Notes under the pieces: generated by a model
The model's input: the letters and a program-made list of their open reading frames with translations, nothing else
Databases searched by the model: none
What the model was told of the DNA's origin: nothing
Position numbers and translations under genes: made by a program
Assembly: GCA_977020255.1 (NCBI GenBank)
Contig: CDROCS010006344.1
Coordinates: 1-64,000, forward strand
Source: Obrimoposthia wandeli
Lineage: Eukaryota
DNA length: 64,000 bases
Direction: 5' to 3'
In this document: one piece after another, positions 37,168-48,612 of the stretch
How positions within the stretch are numbered: position 1 is the stretch's first letter
Layout of the letters: each line of letters begins with the position of its first letter

Positions 37168-38633
37168 AGTGTCTTAGCTGGCGACTCAGTTGCGATTGCT
37201 TTAGCCGCAGAGGCTGATTGATCTTGAAACTTAAAAACGCTTAATCCTTTTAGCAAGGTATACGCTTGATACAGCTGGAAGTCTTTACTCAGTAGGTCAT
37301 CTGATATTTGGTGCTCGCCTTCAGTATCCGACTCTTCTTCTGTCTTCTCAGTTTCTTCGCCATTGGACTCTTCTCCATTGGATAAGTGTCCTGGCAGGTC
37401 ACTCTCTTTATAATAGTTTTGCTCGTAAGCTGTGACTTCGCTTTGCTCGACAAAGACATCAGGATGAATACCTTGAGCTTGAATAGAGCGACCGTTTGGA
37501 GTGAAGTAGCGCGCAGTTGTCAGCTTAATTGCTTTGTTTCCAGCGATCGGTAATACACTTTGTACCGAGCCTTTACCAAATGATTGAGTGCCGACAATAA
37601 CCGCACGTTTATGATCTTGCAGAGCACCCGCAACGATTTCAGAAGCGGAAGCAGAGCCACCGTTGATCAAGACAATTAAAGGAACTTTTGGCGCGGCAGT
37701 TAATTCATTTGCCGAATACCTGAAGTCTGAATCGCTAATACGGCCTTCGGTATAAACGATTAAGCCAGAGGATAAAAACGCATCTGAAACTTCAACGGCA
37801 GCGTCTAGAACACCGCCGGGGTTATTGCGCAGATCCAATACTAAGCCGTTAAGTGATTCATTATTCTCAGCGGCTTGTTCTTGCAGCTTGGTAATTTCTG
37901 CAACAATTTCAGGACCTGTTTTATCTTGAAATTGAGTGATTCTTAGATAGCCAATACCGTCGCCTATGTTTTTTCCACGGACACTGGCTACTTTAATTTC
38001 AGCTCGGGTTAATACAAATTCCAATAGCTCTTTTTCACCCTTGCGGCGGATATTCAGCTTAATGTCGGTACCTGGGTCACCGCGCATTTTATCGATAGCG
38101 TTGGTGAGTGACATCTCTCGAACGGGTTCTCCATCGAGAGATACAATAAAATCACCGGCTTTAATGCCGGCCTTTTCTGCAGGCGTATCGTCGATAGGAC
38201 TAACGACTTTAATCAGGCCTTCTTCAATACCGACTTCAATACCCAAACCACCAAATTTACCGGTGGTATGTTCTTGCAGCTCGCTAAAGTCTTCAGGTAA
38301 TAGATAATCAGAATGTGGGTCGAGATTGCTCAGCATGCCATCAATGGCGTACTGTAATAACGTTTTATCATCAACAGGCTCAACATAAGAGTTACGAATG
38401 CGGTCAAAAATCTCAGTGAAATTACGCAGTTCTTGTAGAGGTAGTTGGCTGTTTTGAGTGGCCGCTGTTTCGGCTGAACGAGTCGTTAAATCCGCAGCTG
38501 CATTGTGTTCTTCTGTCGTATCGCTCGACTGAGCACTCGCGAACTGGCTGCTAATAAGGAGTGTGCTGATGACGATCTGTTTGAACATGTTGTTTTTCAT
38601 GCGATTTCTCAAGTTGTTTTCCATGCTGAGCAA
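37164..38633 (-). CDS. ctpA: S41 carboxy-terminal processing protease
   Basis: LDPHS, PDZ (GGLGIEV), LDLRNNPGG, SASASEIVAGALQD, GKGSVQ and TTARYFTPNGRSIQ. Start position is uncertain. Confidence 0.92.
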   Translation of the reverse strand: MLSMENNLRNRMKNNMFKQIVISTLLISSQFASAQSSDTTEEHNAAADLTTRSAETAATQNSQLPLQELRNFTEIFDRIRNSYVEPVDDKTLLQYAIDGMLSNLDPHSDYLLPEDFSELQEHTTGKFGGLGIEVGIEEGLIKVVSPIDDTPAEKAGIKAGDFIVSLDGEPVREMSLTNAIDKMRGDPGTDIKLNIRRKGEKELLEFVLTRAEIKVASVRGKNIGDGIGYLRITQFQDKTGPEIVAEITKLQEQAAENNESLNGLVLDLRNNPGGVLDAAVEVSDAFLSSGLIVYTEGRISDSDFRYSANELTAAPKVPLIVLINGGSASASEIVAGALQDHKRAVIVGTQSFGKGSVQSVLPIAGNKAIKLTTARYFTPNGRSIQAQGIHPDVFVEQSEVTAYEQNYYKESDLPGHLSNGEESNGEETEKTEEESDTEGEHQISDDLLSKDFQLYQAYTLLKGLSVFKFQDQSASAAKAIATESPAKTL

Positions 38634-38655
38634 ATTCCTTTATCGAATACGGGCT

Positions 38656-39786
38656 TTATTTACGGCCTAGCCAGGCTGCTGGATCGAGTGGAATACCTTT
38701 ATGTCTGATCTCAAAATACAGTCGAGGTTCCTTAAAGCCACCGGAAGCCCCTAAGGTCGCTATATTTTCTCCTTGGTAAACCCAATCACCAACGGATTTC
38801 AATAAACTTTGATTACGTGCGTATAAACTTAAATAACCATCGCCATGATCAACAATTAATAATAGCCCAAAACCTCGCAGCCAGTCGCTAAAGACAATAC
38901 GCCCGTGGTGAATTGCGGTAATGGCAGACCCTTCGTAGCCTTTCATCAACCAGCCTTGCCACTTATTTCGGGCGAGTGAGTTGTGATTGCCAAATGCTTT
39001 AACAATGCTGCCTTTGGTGGGGCGGGGTAACTTGCCTTTTAAAGAACGAATAGGGCGAGCATCTTGTTTGCGTACGCTATTATCGAGCAAGGTTGCAACT
39101 TCATTGATCAGTTGCTGTAGTCGCTTTTGGTCTTTTTGTTTTTGGCTTAGGTCGTTCGATTTTTCTTTGCGGCGCGCCTCTAAGCTGGCCAACAGCTTTT
39201 TATGCTGCTTCTTTTCGTTACTGAACTGTTTGTTCTTTTTTAGCAGGCTATTTTCGGTTTTTATGAGAGCGTTTTGTTGGGCTAAAATTTCAGCCTCAAT
39301 ATTATTCAAACGTTTCAGATTAACAATGAGGGTTTGAATGCTTTCCATGCGGGCTTGATTAAAATACTCGTAGTATTTCAGCATGCGGCTAATTTTCTGT
39401 GGGTCGTCTTGGTTTAATAAAACCTTAATAGAGCCTTGGTTGCCGAGTTGTTGAGCGCCAGAGAGTTGTTTGGCCAGTTGCTGCTTTTGTTCAGACTTAA
39501 GGGTGCGGAGTTGGGATTGCTCCGCTTGCAGCTTTTTTAGGCGCGATCGCTCTTGAATTAATAAAGTACGAGTAGCATCGATTTTTTTAGCGATGCCGCC
39601 AATTTTTTCATCAGATTTTCGTAAAGAGTCACTGAGCTTGTCATGTTCCGATTCTGTTTTTTTCAACCATGATTGCAGCTTGTTAATTTCTTGCTGCAGT
39701 TTGGCCAGATCAGCTTGTTCGTCAGCAAAGCTCACTTGAGAGAGCTGGCTGATGAATAGGCTAAATAGAAAGATGATTCGGATCAT
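38656..39786 (-). CDS. envC: Murein hydrolase activator (M23 family)
   Basis: Signal peptide, long coiled coil, degenerate M23 domain (VFSDWLRGFG, LYFEIR); between gpmI and ctpA. Confidence 0.9.
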   Translation of the reverse strand: MIRIIFLFSLFISQLSQVSFADEQADLAKLQQEINKLQSWLKKTESEHDKLSDSLRKSDEKIGGIAKKIDATRTLLIQERSRLKKLQAEQSQLRTLKSEQKQQLAKQLSGAQQLGNQGSIKVLLNQDDPQKISRMLKYYEYFNQARMESIQTLIVNLKRLNNIEAEILAQQNALIKTENSLLKKNKQFSNEKKQHKKLLASLEARRKEKSNDLSQKQKDQKRLQQLINEVATLLDNSVRKQDARPIRSLKGKLPRPTKGSIVKAFGNHNSLARNKWQGWLMKGYEGSAITAIHHGRIVFSDWLRGFGLLLIVDHGDGYLSLYARNQSLLKSVGDWVYQGENIATLGASGGFKEPRLYFEIRHKGIPLDPAAWLGRK

Positions 39787-39801
39787 GATATCGACTCTAT
39801 C

Positions 39802-41337
39802 TTATTGTTTGATCAAACTAGACCCTGACATTTCTGACGGTTGCTCTAGATTCATGATTTTTAATAGCGTTGGTGAAACATCACATAAGCTACCTGGATT
39901 AATAGTACGTCCATCATTATTACTATGCACATACACAAGGTCAACAGGGCCCGTAGTATGAGACGTTAATGGACCACCGGTCTCAGGATTCATCATTTGC
40001 TCGGCATTACCGTGATCGGCGGTGATTAGGCATTCACCTTTCACTTCTAAAATTGCAGCGGTAATGCGCTTTAAGCAGGCATCAATACACTCAGCAGCTT
40101 TTACCGCGGCAGAATAAACACCGGTATGACCGACCATATCACCGTTGGCGTAGTTGCAAATGATTAAGTCATGTTTACCACTCTTAATTGCTGCAACCAG
40201 TTTATCGGTTAGCTCTGGCGCGTTCATTTCAGGCTGAAGGTCATAAGTGGCAACGTCTGGAGAGGGCACTAATATGCGTTCTTCACCTGGGTATAAGTCT
40301 TCACGGCCGCCAGAGAAGAAGAACGTTACGTGTGCGTACTTCTCTGTTTCAGCGATACGTAACTGGGTTAAACCTAGGTTGGATACGTATTCACCAATGC
40401 CGTTTACCAGTGTGGCTGGTGGGTAGGCACAGCTGGCAGGAATGTCGGCTGCGTATTCTGTTAGCATCACGTAATCGGCTAATTTAGGAATCACGTTGCG
40501 CTTGAAACCAGAGAAATCAGGCTCAACAAAGGCACGGGTGATTTCACGGGCACGGTCTGGGCGGAAGTTCATAAAGATAATGCTATCACCATCTTCAACC
40601 TTGCCGCCTTCACCGATGACGGTTGCGCCCACAAATTCATCGTCTTCGCCGCGGGCATAAGCCGCTTCTAAAGCCGCAATGCCGGTTTCTGCATGATTGG
40701 CCGCTTTGGCTTCTGTCATTGCAACATAAGCAGGTTCGACTCGCTCCCAGCGATTGTCTCGATCCATAGCGTAATAACGCCCGGTTAGCGTGGCAATTGA
40801 GCCTATACCGAGTTCGTCTAGTTTCGCTTGAAGGGCTTTAATAGAAGGTTCTGCACTGCGTGGTGGCACATCGCGGCCATCGAGAATACCGTGTACGTAT
40901 AATTTAGTGATGCCTCGCTTAACGGCCATTTCACACGCTGCAAAAATTTGTTTTTCGTGGCTGTGTACGCCGCCTGGAGACAATAAGCCCGCAAGGTGAA
41001 CTGCGCCGCCGGTAGCTTTGGCTTTATCGATGGCGTTGCAAAGCACTTCATTATTGAAAAAATCACCGTCGGCAACGGCCTTATTAATACGGGTGAAGTT
41101 CTGATAAACGACGCGGCCCGCACCTAAATTCATGTGACCCACTTCAGAGTTACCCATCTGGCCTTCCGGCAGACCTACTGCATTTCCTGACGTCTGAATG
41201 AGCGCATTGGGATAGGTTTCTAATAGAGCATCCCACGTCGGGGTATTCGCATTGGCGATGGCGTTATGTTCAGATGCTTCGCCGTGGCCCCAGCCATCAA
41301 GAATAATTAGCGCAGTAGGTGTGCGGGTCTGGCTCAT
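39802..41337 (-). CDS. gpmI: 2,3-bisphosphoglycerate-independent phosphoglycerate mutase
   Basis: [39 protein letters not shown] and TADHGNAE. Confidence 0.98.
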   Translation of the reverse strand: MSQTRTPTALIILDGWGHGEASEHNAIANANTPTWDALLETYPNALIQTSGNAVGLPEGQMGNSEVGHMNLGAGRVVYQNFTRINKAVADGDFFNNEVLCNAIDKAKATGGAVHLAGLLSPGGVHSHEKQIFAACEMAVKRGITKLYVHGILDGRDVPPRSAEPSIKALQAKLDELGIGSIATLTGRYYAMDRDNRWERVEPAYVAMTEAKAANHAETGIAALEAAYARGEDDEFVGATVIGEGGKVEDGDSIIFMNFRPDRAREITRAFVEPDFSGFKRNVIPKLADYVMLTEYAADIPASCAYPPATLVNGIGEYVSNLGLTQLRIAETEKYAHVTFFFSGGREDLYPGEERILVPSPDVATYDLQPEMNAPELTDKLVAAIKSGKHDLIICNYANGDMVGHTGVYSAAVKAAECIDACLKRITAAILEVKGECLITADHGNAEQMMNPETGGPLTSHTTGPVDLVYVHSNNDGRTINPGSLCDVSPTLLKIMNLEQPSEMSGSSLIKQ

Positions 41338-41501
41338 AATAGGAATAACTCTCATAATTTAACGTGAGTAGACAAAAATATTGTGCCTATTCTAGCGAAT
41401 CTGTGGCCTTGCGTCATTTTCTATTCTTTTTCGTGCTGTGGCTGGTTATACTGCGGCCTTTGATCCTCTTATCAGTCAACCAAATAGGCAGTAAATAGGT
41501 T

Positions 41502-41915
41502 ATGGAACAAGCTTTCGACTTTATTAACAATAACTGGATGTTAGCCAGCGTATGGGGCGTATTTTTAGCGGCCTTCTTATGGGATAACAACCAGCGTAGC
41601 GGTGCTAGCATTAGCGCGGCACAAGCAACACAGATGATCAATAAACAGGATGCTATGGTCTTGGATATCCGCGATAAAAAGGATTTTGATGCAGGCCACC
41701 TAGCCAATGCGAAGAATATTCCTTATTCAGCTTTAACTGAGCGTATGTCTGAGCTTGAATCTTCAAAAGAACACCCCATTGTATTAGTATGCAAGTCTGG
41801 CCAGAGTGTTGGGATGGCAGGTAAAACGTTGAAGCAGAAAGGTTTCCAAGTATTCCGCTTAAGCGGTGGTATGTTGGAATGGGGCAATCAAAACCTTCCT
41901 GTTGTTACTAAATAG
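41502..41915 (+). CDS. Rhodanese-like domain protein (YibN-like)
   Basis: N-terminal TM segment, DIR-x3-F-x2-GH, LVCKSG and LSGGMLEW. Confidence 0.92.
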   Translation: MEQAFDFINNNWMLASVWGVFLAAFLWDNNQRSGASISAAQATQMINKQDAMVLDIRDKKDFDAGHLANAKNIPYSALTERMSELESSKEHPIVLVCKSGQSVGMAGKTLKQKGFQVFRLSGGMLEWGNQNLPVVTK

Positions 41916-42019
41916 TGACCATGCACCTGTTCAACAAATGTTGTAACAGGGGCTTATAAATTTAAACAGCATAACTAAGACGGTGTGCTGAAAAACAAAT
42001 AAAAAATTAAGGATGTATC

Positions 42020-42508
42020 ATGGCTGAACAAGAGCAAGCAAAAGAGCAAGCACAAGACCAAGGTCAATTTTCATTACAGCGTTTCTATGTAAAAGATTCA
42101 TCGTTTGAATCGCCAAATGCTCCAGAGTCTTTCCAGAAGCAGTGGAAGCCAGAAGTTAAGCTAGATTTGAACAGCCGCTCTCGCAAGTTGTCTGACGATA
42201 CGTATGAAGTCGACGTTAAAGTAACGGCTACGGCAGAAAACGATGGCGAAACAGCTTTCTTGGTTGAAGTAGTTCTTGGCGGTATCTTTCACATTAAAGG
42301 AATCGAAGGCGAACAGCTTAAGCACATGCTAGGCGCTTTCTGCCCTAACATCTTGTTCCCATACGTTCGTGAAACTATCGATCAGTTAGTAGTTAAAGGT
42401 AGCTTCCCAGCCTTGATGCTAGCGCCGATTAACTTCGAAGCATTGTTTCAGCAAGCACAAGCTCAGCAAGCACAAGCGCCTGCAGCAGCAGAAGAAACAG
42501 TTCAATAA
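42020..42508 (+). CDS. secB: Protein export chaperone
   Basis: [30 protein letters not shown] and [15 protein letters not shown]. Confidence 0.97.
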   Translation: MAEQEQAKEQAQDQGQFSLQRFYVKDSSFESPNAPESFQKQWKPEVKLDLNSRSRKLSDDTYEVDVKVTATAENDGETAFLVEVVLGGIFHIKGIEGEQLKHMLGAFCPNILFPYVRETIDQLVVKGSFPALMLAPINFEALFQQAQAQQAQAPAAAEETVQ

Positions 42509-42539
42509 TACGCAGTTAAGCTAGAAGCGTTTATTAAAT

Positions 42540-42579
42540 AAAAAGCCGAAGTAAATGATGAATTCACTTCGGCTTTTTT
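42540..42579. terminator. Bidirectional terminator between secB and trmL
   Basis: AAAAGCCGAAGT...ACTTCGGCTTTTTT between convergent genes. Confidence 0.85.
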
Positions 42580-42617
42580 GTGTCTGCTATTTAGATGCCC
42601 TAGGCAAAAACTTAAAA

Positions 42618-43082
42618 CTAACCCCCACCCGCATAGTCATTCTGACGCCAAGCTTCAAAAATCATCACGGCAACAGTATTCGATAAATTCATACTGCGGC
42701 TGCTTTCCATCATCGGCAGACGTAGCCATTGTTCAAACGGCACTTGCTCGCGGATATCTTCTGGCAGACCTCGAGTTTCTGGGCCAAACATCAAAAAATC
42801 ACCTTCTTTAAACTGAGCTTCTGAATGCGTTTTTTTGCCTTTAGTGGTAAGAGCATACATAGTTTTAGGCTGTTCTTTTTCTAAGAAGTCAGCGTAGTTC
42901 TCATGAATACGCACGCGTGCCCACTCATGATAATCCAAGCCTGCACGACGTAATGCTTTCTCTTCCATATCAAAGCCAAGCGGTTTGATTAGGTGCAGTT
43001 GGCAGCCTGTGTTCGCGCATAAACGAATAATGTTGCCAGTGTTCGGTGGTATTTCGGGTTCAAATAAAACGATGTTAAACAT
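42618..43082 (-). CDS. trmL: tRNA (cytidine/uridine-34 2'-O)-methyltransferase
   Basis: [32 protein letters not shown] and RSMNLSN. Confidence 0.97.
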   Translation of the reverse strand: MFNIVLFEPEIPPNTGNIIRLCANTGCQLHLIKPLGFDMEEKALRRAGLDYHEWARVRIHENYADFLEKEQPKTMYALTTKGKKTHSEAQFKEGDFLMFGPETRGLPEDIREQVPFEQWLRLPMMESSRSMNLSNTVAVMIFEAWRQNDYAGGG

Positions 43083-43274
43083 GATGACTCCTCAGTATGG
43101 GCTGATTATAGGAAGCTGGGGAGTAATTGGAAGCGAAAGCCTTAACTTATTTACTGAACACTTAGTAAGTAATTCGTATTGGTTATTACTGGCCACGCCT
43201 TAAGTGCATTTTGTTATTTCTCTACTAAACTTTTATCAAAGATCACTTAACTAATTGTTGATGGGAGTGGGTGG

Positions 43275-44405
43275 GTGAAAGTTCGCTGGCCTTTTAAGAA
43301 AATTAAGCAAAAGCAATGGCTGGGTATTAACTTATCTGCCTTAGCACCCAGTGCCGTTATGTATGGTCCAGAGGGTATCACTGCGTGCGTTAATTTTACT
43401 CAAGAAGAAGGAATTGAAGCATTAGAGTCTTGGTTAAAGCTGAATGCTCCACACGGTATATCTGTGGTACTGGTATTGGATAGCGATGATTATGAGTTGC
43501 TATTAGCGGAAGCTCCAAATGTGCCTGATGATGAATTAAGCGCGGCGATAGAATTTCGCATTGGTGACTTATTATTACAGCCGGTCGAGGAGACCGCGAT
43601 TCAAACGATGCGATTACCTGAAGATGCATACCGTGGACGCATGTCTATGACGCATGTGGTGGCCGTTGCGAATAAGGAAATCAATCGTTGGGTCGCCTGG
43701 GCAGCAAAATTGAAGTTGAAAATTGAAACAATCACCGTACCAGAAATGAGTTTATTAAACGTATTGTCGGCTAACGCTATTAGCCAAGGCATTGCGCTAT
43801 TAGAACTTGGCCCTAAGAAAGGTAGCCTTAGATTATATCAAGACGGCGCTTTGTATTTAACTCGTCATGTGGCAGTGGGTATTGAAGCGCTAGACTTGCA
43901 ATCAAATATCTCTGAAATTGAGCCTGTCGAAAGTGATGAGGCAATCGTTGCAGTCAATGAGCAGAGCTTTGATGAGCTTCAATCAGATGAGTTAGATTTA
44001 ACTGAGATAAGCAGTGATGAACTGACCTTAGACGGTATTAATTCTGAAGAGGAATTAGAACTCAATACTGATTTAGAAGAAAGTACGTATGTGGGCTTTG
44101 CGCCAAAATTGAAAGTAAACGAGCAGCAGGTTCAGAACTTAATTTTAGACGTTCAGCGCTCTCTCGATTATTACGAGAGCCAGCTCGGCTTAGGCCAAAT
44201 CACCCAGTTGTGGCTGATGGCAGGGGATGAGAATTTAGCAGACTTAGTGGATGCCATGCAGCCACTATTAACTGCGAATGTCGTACAACCGAACATGGCT
44301 GAGAAATTCAGTCAGCATGCGGGATTATTGATTGCAGAAGAATGTACTGGAATAAACTGCGTCACTATTGCTCTAGGAGGGGCGCTTGCGTATGAGCCTT
44401 CTTAA
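43275..44405 (+). CDS. mshI: MSHA biogenesis protein MshI, PilM-like part
   Basis: First gene of the msh cluster; LLLAEAPNV, LYLTRHV and LDVQRSLDYYESQLG motifs; contains an acidic insertion. Confidence 0.75.
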   Translation: MKVRWPFKKIKQKQWLGINLSALAPSAVMYGPEGITACVNFTQEEGIEALESWLKLNAPHGISVVLVLDSDDYELLLAEAPNVPDDELSAAIEFRIGDLLLQPVEETAIQTMRLPEDAYRGRMSMTHVVAVANKEINRWVAWAAKLKLKIETITVPEMSLLNVLSANAISQGIALLELGPKKGSLRLYQDGALYLTRHVAVGIEALDLQSNISEIEPVESDEAIVAVNEQSFDELQSDELDLTEISSDELTLDGINSEEELELNTDLEESTYVGFAPKLKVNEQQVQNLILDVQRSLDYYESQLGLGQITQLWLMAGDENLADLVDAMQPLLTANVVQPNMAEKFSQHAGLLIAEECTGINCVTIALGGALAYEPS

Positions 44406-45057
44406 ACAAGTAGTGGTTAAGCAACATATTAATTTATATCTACCTCGATTCAGGCCTGAGCAATTATCTAATGCAATGCAGTTGTTGGTTAAATCGACAG
44501 CAGTAGTCTTTATTATTTTGCTGACAGTCTGTGCTTTATTAATCACTGCACGATTAATATTACAGTCTCAATTAGATCAATCTCAGCTGGAAAAAACAGT
44601 CCTTAGCGCTGAATTAGATAATGTACTCGCTCAGATGCCTAACATGTCAGTTGATAATGCATTGTTAGAACGGATTGAGAAAAATAAGCAGCTGTTAAAA
44701 AAACAGAAGCGAGTTGTTTCATTTTTAAGACAGGATTCGATTAATGATAAAGCAAGCTTTACACCGTTAGTTGAGCAGTTGTCACAGCAAGCGGTTGAAG
44801 GTGTTTGGTTATCAAAATTCGAAGTGATCAATTATGGAAAAGATATTCAGCTGTTTGGTTATGCGAAAACTCCCGACAAGGTATCAACATATTTAACAAT
44901 GTTAGGAGAAAAAGAAGCTTATCAGGGGCGTGTATTTAAACAAATACAAGTGAAACGCGGAAAGAGCTCTTGGAGTGAATTCTTTTTATCTACGCAAGAA
45001 ATAAAGGATGAGGATTCGTTACTTATCTCTGAGAAGATTTCAGGAGCTAACCTATGA
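44386..45057 (+). CDS. MSHA biogenesis PilN-domain protein (MshI C-terminal part)
   Basis: KQHINLY, TM helix, coiled coil, VWLSKF and GYA motifs. Confidence 0.75.
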   Translation: MRMSLLKQVVVKQHINLYLPRFRPEQLSNAMQLLVKSTAVVFIILLTVCALLITARLILQSQLDQSQLEKTVLSAELDNVLAQMPNMSVDNALLERIEKNKQLLKKQKRVVSFLRQDSINDKASFTPLVEQLSQQAVEGVWLSKFEVINYGKDIQLFGYAKTPDKVSTYLTMLGEKEAYQGRVFKQIQVKRGKSSWSEFFLSTQEIKDEDSLLISEKISGANL

Positions 45058-45740
45058 TTTGGTGGCAAAAGAAACCCTATATTGACGCGATACATGCATA
45101 CGATAAAATTTCAGATCGTGAACAAAAAATTGTCTTGGCAACATTGGTTACGTTATTGCTATTGCTGTTTTTTATACTGCTTGTTGAACCACTATTGTTA
45201 GCGAGTAAGTCAACATACTCTGAGTTAGCAGAGAGGCAGAGTACGAATTTAGATATCTCTCAAAAAATAGAAACAACTCTGTCCAAGCAACATACCGACC
45301 CAAATGACGCTTTGCGAAAAACGTTAGCGTCGTTGAATGCTGAATCTGATAAATATCAAGGGCAAATTGGTTTGCTAACACAAGCCTTGGTTGCACCCAA
45401 ACAAATGGTTAGTCTATTAGAAAATGTATTAACTCAAGATAAACAATTAAAACTTATTTCTCTTAATAATCTACCAGAACAAGGAATGAATCTTAGCCAG
45501 GTAAGCAGTGAAGATAATTTATTAAAATCTGAGTCTGATTTTTTAATTTATAAACATGGATTCGAGATTGAGCTGGAAGCCACATACGATAGTAGTAATG
45601 CTTATCTAAAGCGTTTGGATGCATTGCCCTGGCAGTTGTTCTGGCAAACACTGGAGTTTGAAAGTACACGATATCCAAAGGGTAAGTTGAAAATCAGGAT
45701 CTATACTTTAAGTATGAGTAAGGCGGTGCTGGGTGTTTAA
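45054..45740 (+). CDS. mshJ: MSHA biogenesis protein MshJ
   Basis: LVAPKQMVSLLENVL, IYKHGFEIEL, YLKRLDALPWQLFW and IYTLS. Confidence 0.88.
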   Translation: MIWWQKKPYIDAIHAYDKISDREQKIVLATLVTLLLLLFFILLVEPLLLASKSTYSELAERQSTNLDISQKIETTLSKQHTDPNDALRKTLASLNAESDKYQGQIGLLTQALVAPKQMVSLLENVLTQDKQLKLISLNNLPEQGMNLSQVSSEDNLLKSESDFLIYKHGFEIELEATYDSSNAYLKRLDALPWQLFWQTLEFESTRYPKGKLKIRIYTLSMSKAVLGV

Positions 45741-46077
45741 TGTATTTTTAAAAATCATGCTCATTGTCTTTGGTTTCTCAGTAATCGGAACCTATAGCGT
45801 CAGTATTATGGCTGCTCAAGATCCTATGCGGCCACCAAGCTGGATGAGTGGTTCAGGCGCACCTAAGATTTCAAAAGAGAAGCTTACTCTTCAGCAAATA
45901 CTAATATCTGAAGATAGAAAGAGTGCTGTTATCAACAACAAATTAGTAAACGAAGGCGATATTATCAAAGGCGCTAAAGTTAAAAGAATTGAACGAGAAA
46001 GAGTAATAGTTATGCGCTCAGGGCGACGTCAAATATTAAGGCTTGTACCGACAATAAAGGAATATATAAATGAATAA
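45733..46077 (+). CDS. mshK: MSHA biogenesis protein MshK
   Basis: QDPMRPP, LQQILIS and AVINNKLVNEGD. Confidence 0.85.
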   Translation: MFNVFLKIMLIVFGFSVIGTYSVSIMAAQDPMRPPSWMSGSGAPKISKEKLTLQQILISEDRKSAVINNKLVNEGDIIKGAKVKRIERERVIVMRSGRRQILRLVPTIKEYINE

Positions 46078-47692
46078 TATGACTCATTATATTGTATTGC
46101 TTTCTGTGTTCTTAGTCTCTTGTGCGAGCCAGCCTCAACAAGACGCTACTGGTAATCCGCAAGATGAAGAACAGGAAGAGCCGTTATTAGTATGGCAAGA
46201 AGATACTGATGAAGAAAAAAAGAGGCAAGAGCAGCAGTTTATCGAACAGTTGTTGCCTGCTGAACCAGAGTTAAGAAGGGAAGAAAGTCGTTTCGATGTG
46301 TCAGCCAAAAACACTCCGATTAAAACATTTTTAATGAGCCTTGTTCAAGATACAAATTACAATCTCATTGCTGATGATTCTCTTAAAGGTAAAGTCTCAC
46401 TCAAATTAAAAAATGTCACAGTATTAGAAACACTGGAAGCTGTGAGGGATGTATATGGTTACGACTATACATTGAATAGCTATGGTATTCAGGTATTACC
46501 ACTCACGGTACAGACTCGCATATTTCCAATTAATTATTTGAACGTAAGTCGTACCGGATCTTCGGGTATGTGGGTAAGTAGCGGTCAAATAACATCAACG
46601 GATAATAGCAATAATTCTACTGATTCTAGTACAACTTCCTCGTCTACTTCAGCCATTAATTCTACTGAAGTAAATACCAGTTCGTCTTCTGATTTCTGGG
46701 GGCAGCTTAAAGCGACATTGGATATGATGATTATGGGGCGTGAAGATGCCAGTATCGTAGTTGATCCTCAATCTGGCATGGTCGTTGTTCGCGGAATGCC
46801 TAAAACCTTGCAAGGCATTGAAGACTATTTAGAACGTGCTGAATTGAGTGTAGGTAAGCAGGTATTGATTGAAGCTAAAATTCTGGAAGTCTCACTTAAT
46901 GAAGGTTTTCAGTCAGGCATTCAATGGAATTCTTTTGGAGCAGGAAGAAAGGGAACGGTTTCCGATACTAGTCAAGATTTAGTGAGTTCGATGGCGTCAG
47001 AAATATTAACAAATGCCGATGAAATTGGAGGGGTTTTCAATATGAATTTCGATTATGAAAACTTCACTGGTGTTATAGAGCTATTAGAAACTCAAGGTGA
47101 GGTTAAGGTACTGTCGAGTCCTAGGATTTCAACAGTTAATAATCAGAAAGCAGTGATTAAGGTGGGTAATGATGAGTATTTTGTTACTGAACTAAAATCA
47201 TCAACGACTACTAGCGGGGGAAGCTCAACCAGCTTTCCTGAGGTGATATTTACACCATTTTTCTCTGGTATAGCGTTAGATGTGACGCCACAAATCGGTG
47301 AAAATAAAGAAGTTATATTACATGTTCACCCAACGATCACTGAGGTGAGTGAGCGCCAAAAAGATGTGGTTCTTAATTCTGGAACACTAACCGTTCCTTT
47401 AGCTTTTAGTACTGTGCGCGAAACGGATTCTATTATTCGGGCTAAAAGTGGGCAGGTCGTTGTGATCGGTGGCTTAATGCAAAATCAAAAACGGACATTA
47501 GAATCTGGTATTCCTTACTTAAGAGACATTCCCATTATCGGTGCGTTATTCGGTCAAAATAGAGAATCAACTGTGCAGAGTGAATTAGTCATATTGATTC
47601 AGCCGCGAGTAGTTGATAGTAATTTCCATTACGAAGAAATGAAACGTATCAACAAACGTTTTTCTGGCTTTAATCAAGGACGGAAATTATGA
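46070..47692 (+). CDS. mshL: MSHA pilus secretin MshL
   Basis: Lipobox LVSC, TRIFPINYL, QVLIEAKILEV, PFFSGIALDVTPQI and SELVILI. Confidence 0.92.
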   Translation: MNNMTHYIVLLSVFLVSCASQPQQDATGNPQDEEQEEPLLVWQEDTDEEKKRQEQQFIEQLLPAEPELRREESRFDVSAKNTPIKTFLMSLVQDTNYNLIADDSLKGKVSLKLKNVTVLETLEAVRDVYGYDYTLNSYGIQVLPLTVQTRIFPINYLNVSRTGSSGMWVSSGQITSTDNSNNSTDSSTTSSSTSAINSTEVNTSSSSDFWGQLKATLDMMIMGREDASIVVDPQSGMVVVRGMPKTLQGIEDYLERAELSVGKQVLIEAKILEVSLNEGFQSGIQWNSFGAGRKGTVSDTSQDLVSSMASEILTNADEIGGVFNMNFDYENFTGVIELLETQGEVKVLSSPRISTVNNQKAVIKVGNDEYFVTELKSSTTTSGGSSTSFPEVIFTPFFSGIALDVTPQIGENKEVILHVHPTITEVSERQKDVVLNSGTLTVPLAFSTVRETDSIIRAKSGQVVVIGGLMQNQKRTLESGIPYLRDIPIIGALFGQNRESTVQSELVILIQPRVVDSNFHYEEMKRINKRFSGFNQGRKL

Positions 47693-48612
47693 ACGTCGCC
47701 AATATGATCGGTGGCTTTCAGGAATACTATGGTTTAAATCAGCAACCATTTTCGCTAGCTCCTAATACAGAATTTTATGTAGAAATTAAGACACAGCAAG
47801 AATGTTTTAATGTCTTAAACTATGCGCTTCAAGCCGGTGAAGGATTTATTAAGATCACTGGCGATGTCGGTACAGGGAAAACACTGTTATGTCGTCGTCT
47901 TTTAAATAGCTTACATGAAGCGGAATACGTTTCTGTTTATATTCCGAATCCTGCGTTATCCCCTCAAGCTTTATGGCGAGCAATAGGTCATGAATTAGAA
48001 GTGGAGGTTAATAATGTCGATATACACCAATTACAAGAACGCATACAACAGCGCTTAATTGCTTTAGCAATAGAGGGCAGATCAGTTGTCTTAGTAGTGG
48101 ATGAAGCGCAGTGTATTCCTGAAGATAGCCTAGAAGCCTTACGTTTAATTTCGAATCTAGAATCAGAAAGCCGCAGTCTCATTCAAATAGTATTATTTGG
48201 TCAGCCAGAACTTAATACGTTGTTAGCACAGCATCGCTTTAGACAATTAAAGCAACGCATTACTTACAGCGCAGAATTAGAAGCCATGGATGCAGATAGC
48301 ATGCAGCATTATATCCAGCAACGCATGATCTTGGCTGGATACAGAGGGATGCCAGTCTTTGAAGACGGAGCATTAAAATTGATGAGAAAAACGACGGAAG
48401 GCATCCCTCGATTGATCAATATCATTGCTCAAAAAGCACTTTTTAGTGCTTTCGGCGGAGGTGCTAAGTCAGTTTCAGCTGATCATATTCGAGCAGCAAT
48501 AAAAGATACAGAAGGCGCTAAGCCATTACCGGTTAACAATAGATTTTATTGGAAGGAAGCGACCTTGATGGTTTTAATGCTTTTATTGGTGGCACTGCAT
48601 GAGTTTGGTTAA
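47689..48612 (+). CDS. mshM: ExeA-family AAA ATPase MshM
   Basis: PFSLAPN, GDVGTGKT, VVDEAQ, LRLISNLE, LFGQPEL and GIPRLIN. Confidence 0.9.
   Translation: MNVANMIGGFQEYYGLNQQPFSLAPNTEFYVEIKTQQECFNVLNYALQAGEGFIKITGDVGTGKTLLCRRLLNSLHEAEYVSVYIPNPALSPQALWRAIGHELEVEVNNVDIHQLQERIQQRLIALAIEGRSVVLVVDEAQCIPEDSLEALRLISNLESESRSLIQIVLFGQPELNTLLAQHRFRQLKQRITYSAELEAMDADSMQHYIQQRMILAGYRGMPVFEDGALKLMRKTTEGIPRLINIIAQKALFSAFGGGAKSVSADHIRAAIKDTEGAKPLPVNNRFYWKEATLMVLMLLLVALHEFG

Noticed and set aside
41916-42019. grxC absent between the rhodanese gene and secB, with a small hairpin in the gap
   Set aside because: A simple single-gene loss or relocation; no remnant or further signal to interpret.
43900-44100. 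Acidic insertion in the MshI PilM-like protein
   Set aside because: It looks like a disordered low-complexity linker, with no evidence of a distinct function.
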